A stretch of 697 nt of DNA. Origin: Escherichia coli. Its GTDB lineage: Bacteria > Pseudomonadota > Gammaproteobacteria > Enterobacterales > Enterobacteriaceae. The notes beneath the pieces were generated by a model. The model did no database searches and was not told the origin of the DNA. It saw nothing but the letters and a program-made list of their open reading frames with translations. How positions within the stretch are numbered: the first letter of the stretch is position 1; every line of letters starts with the position of its first letter. Of this stretch, positions 1 to 697 are shown piece by piece. Both the position numbers and the translations under genes were made by a program. The stretch lies in the NCBI RefSeq assembly GCF_003334335.1, contig NZ_QOWQ01000157.1; one strand, given 5' to 3'.

Positions 1-697
1 CTGGACCGGCTGGTACAGCAGGGCGGCTTTGACGGGCGGACGCAACGTTATCATTATGACCTGACCGGAAAACTCACACAGAGTGAGGATGAGGGACTTG
101 TCATCCTCTGGTACTACGATGAATCGGACCGTATCACTCACCGCACGGTGAACGGCGAACCGGCAGAGCAGTGGCAGTATGATGGCCACGGCTGGCTGAC
201 AGACATCAGCCACCTGAGCGAAGGCCACCGTGTTGCCGTCCACTATGGCTATGACGATAAAGGCCGCCTGACCGGCGAATGCCAGACGGTGGAGAACCCG
301 GAGACGGGGGAACTGCTGTGGCAGCATGAGACGAAACACGCATACAACGAGCAGGGGCTGGCAAACCGCGTCACGCCGGACAGCCTGCCGCCGGTGGAGT
401 GGCTGACGTATGGCAGCGGTTACCTGGCGGGAATGAAGCTGGGCGGGACGCCGCTGGTCGAGTATACGCGGGACAGGCTGCACCGTGAGACGGTGCGCAG
501 CTTCGGCAGCATGGCAGGCAGTAATGCCGCATACGAACTGACCAGCACATACACCCCCGCAGGCCAGTTACAGAGCCAGCACCTGAACAGCCTGGTATAT
601 GACCGTGACTACGGGTGGAGTGACAACGGCGACCTGGTGCGCATCAGCGGCCCGCGACAGACGCGGGAATACGGCTACAGCGCCACGGGCAGGCTGG
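1..697 (+). CDS. rhs: Internal fragment (5' and 3' partial) of an Rhs-family YD-repeat core protein, the beta-shell scaffold of a polymorphic toxin; both gene ends lie outside the window
   Basis: Seen in sequence: frame 1 is open for all 232 codons. Frame 2 has TGA at 62-64 and frame 3 has TGA at 30-32. The translation begins LDRLVQQGGFDGRTQRYHYDLTGKLTQSEDEGLVILWYYDESDRITHRTVNGEPAEQWQYDGHGWLTDISHLSEGHRVAVHYGYDDKGRLTGE and ends LVYDRDYGWSDNGDLVRISGPRQTREYGYSATGRL. It carries recurring G-x(3-9)-Y-x-Y-D-x-x-G-R-L-T motifs, the hallmark of RHS/YD repeats. Codon usage is CTG-rich with G/C at third positions. Established knowledge: this architecture and composition match the GC-rich core of E. coli-type Rhs elements. 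Core paralogs (rhsA/B/C/D) are too similar to tell apart from 697 nt without alignment, so the symbol is given only at family level. Confidence 0.93.
   Translation, partial: MDRLVQQGGFDGRTQRYHYDLTGKLTQSEDEGLVILWYYDESDRITHRTVNGEPAEQWQYDGHGWLTDISHLSEGHRVAVHYGYDDKGRLTGECQTVENPETGELLWQHETKHAYNEQGLANRVTPDSLPPVEWLTYGSGYLAGMKLGGTPLVEYTRDRLHRETVRSFGSMAGSNAAYELTSTYTPAGQLQSQHLNSLVYDRDYGWSDNGDLVRISGPRQTREYGYSATGRL
34..696 (+). repeat. Tandem array of degenerate YD (RHS) peptide repeats encoded within the CDS, about 20-24 aa (60-72 nt) per unit
   Basis: Seen in sequence: aromatic-x-aromatic/Asp positions recur with a roughly 60-70 nt period. Tyr codons heading the Y-D or Y-G/Y-x dipeptides fall at nt 55, 115, 178, 250, 343, 409, 463, 532, 598 and 670. 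Clear units are GRTQRYHYDLTGKLT (34-78), GLVILWYYDESDRIT (94-138), GEPAEQWQYDGHGWLT (154-201), GHRVAVHYGYDDKGRLT (223-273), GELLWQHETKHAYNEQGLANRVT (307-375), GTPLVEYTRDRLHRETV (445-495), and GPRQTREYGYSATGRL (649-696). The repeats are degenerate at nucleotide level, so this is a protein-level repeat rather than a DNA direct-repeat array. Confidence 0.8.

Noticed and set aside
433-435. In-frame ATG codons at 433-435 and 511-513 as possible translation starts.
   Set aside because: The frame is open and carries homologous YD-repeat sequence continuously upstream of both, so these are internal methionines. No convincing Shine-Dalgarno context was identified upstream of either.
1-567. Long stop-free reading frame on the reverse strand, codon-aligned antisense to frame 1. 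The only antisense stop arises from the single sense TTA codon at 568-570. Possible antisense ATG starts correspond to the sense CAT codons at 52-54 and 325-327.
   Set aside because: This is the usual artefact of a GC-rich sense gene that avoids TTA/CTA/TCA codons. The antisense frame has no recognisable protein motifs and no support as a gene, whereas the sense frame encodes clear YD repeats.
1-697. Possibility that the repeat signal reflects a CRISPR array or a DNA-level tandem repeat.
   Set aside because: There are no near-identical direct repeats of 25-40 nt separated by unique spacers. The periodicity exists only at the protein-motif level with degenerate nucleotide sequence.
1-697. Chi recombination site (GCTGGTGG or its complement CCACCAGC), in view of the 'rearrangement hotspot' name.
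   Set aside because: No exact Chi octamer was found on either strand by manual scan. The nearest look-alikes (gctggtac at 9-16, gctggtcg at 453-460, ctggtgcg at 623-630) do not match. Rhs rearrangements are explained by homologous recombination between paralogous cores, not by a Chi site in this window.
1-697. Promoter, terminator or mobile-element termini (inverted repeats, transposase).
   Set aside because: The whole window is uninterrupted coding sequence with no AT-rich intergenic stretch, no stem-loop followed by a T-tract, and no terminal inverted repeats visible.

Overview
The whole 697-nt window is an internal fragment of one protein-coding gene on the + strand, in frame 1 (codons 1-3, 4-6, ... 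694-696), with no start or stop codon inside the window. The 232-residue translation is a YD/RHS-repeat region, typical of the conserved core of enterobacterial Rhs (rearrangement hotspot) proteins, which are polymorphic toxin scaffolds. The other two + frames hit stop codons within about 65 nt. Nothing else is supportable: no RNA gene, CRISPR array, promoter, terminator or mobile-element end. I do not see a previously undescribed system here. This is a well-known family, and the variable C-terminal toxin tip and immunity gene, where novelty would sit, lie outside the window.
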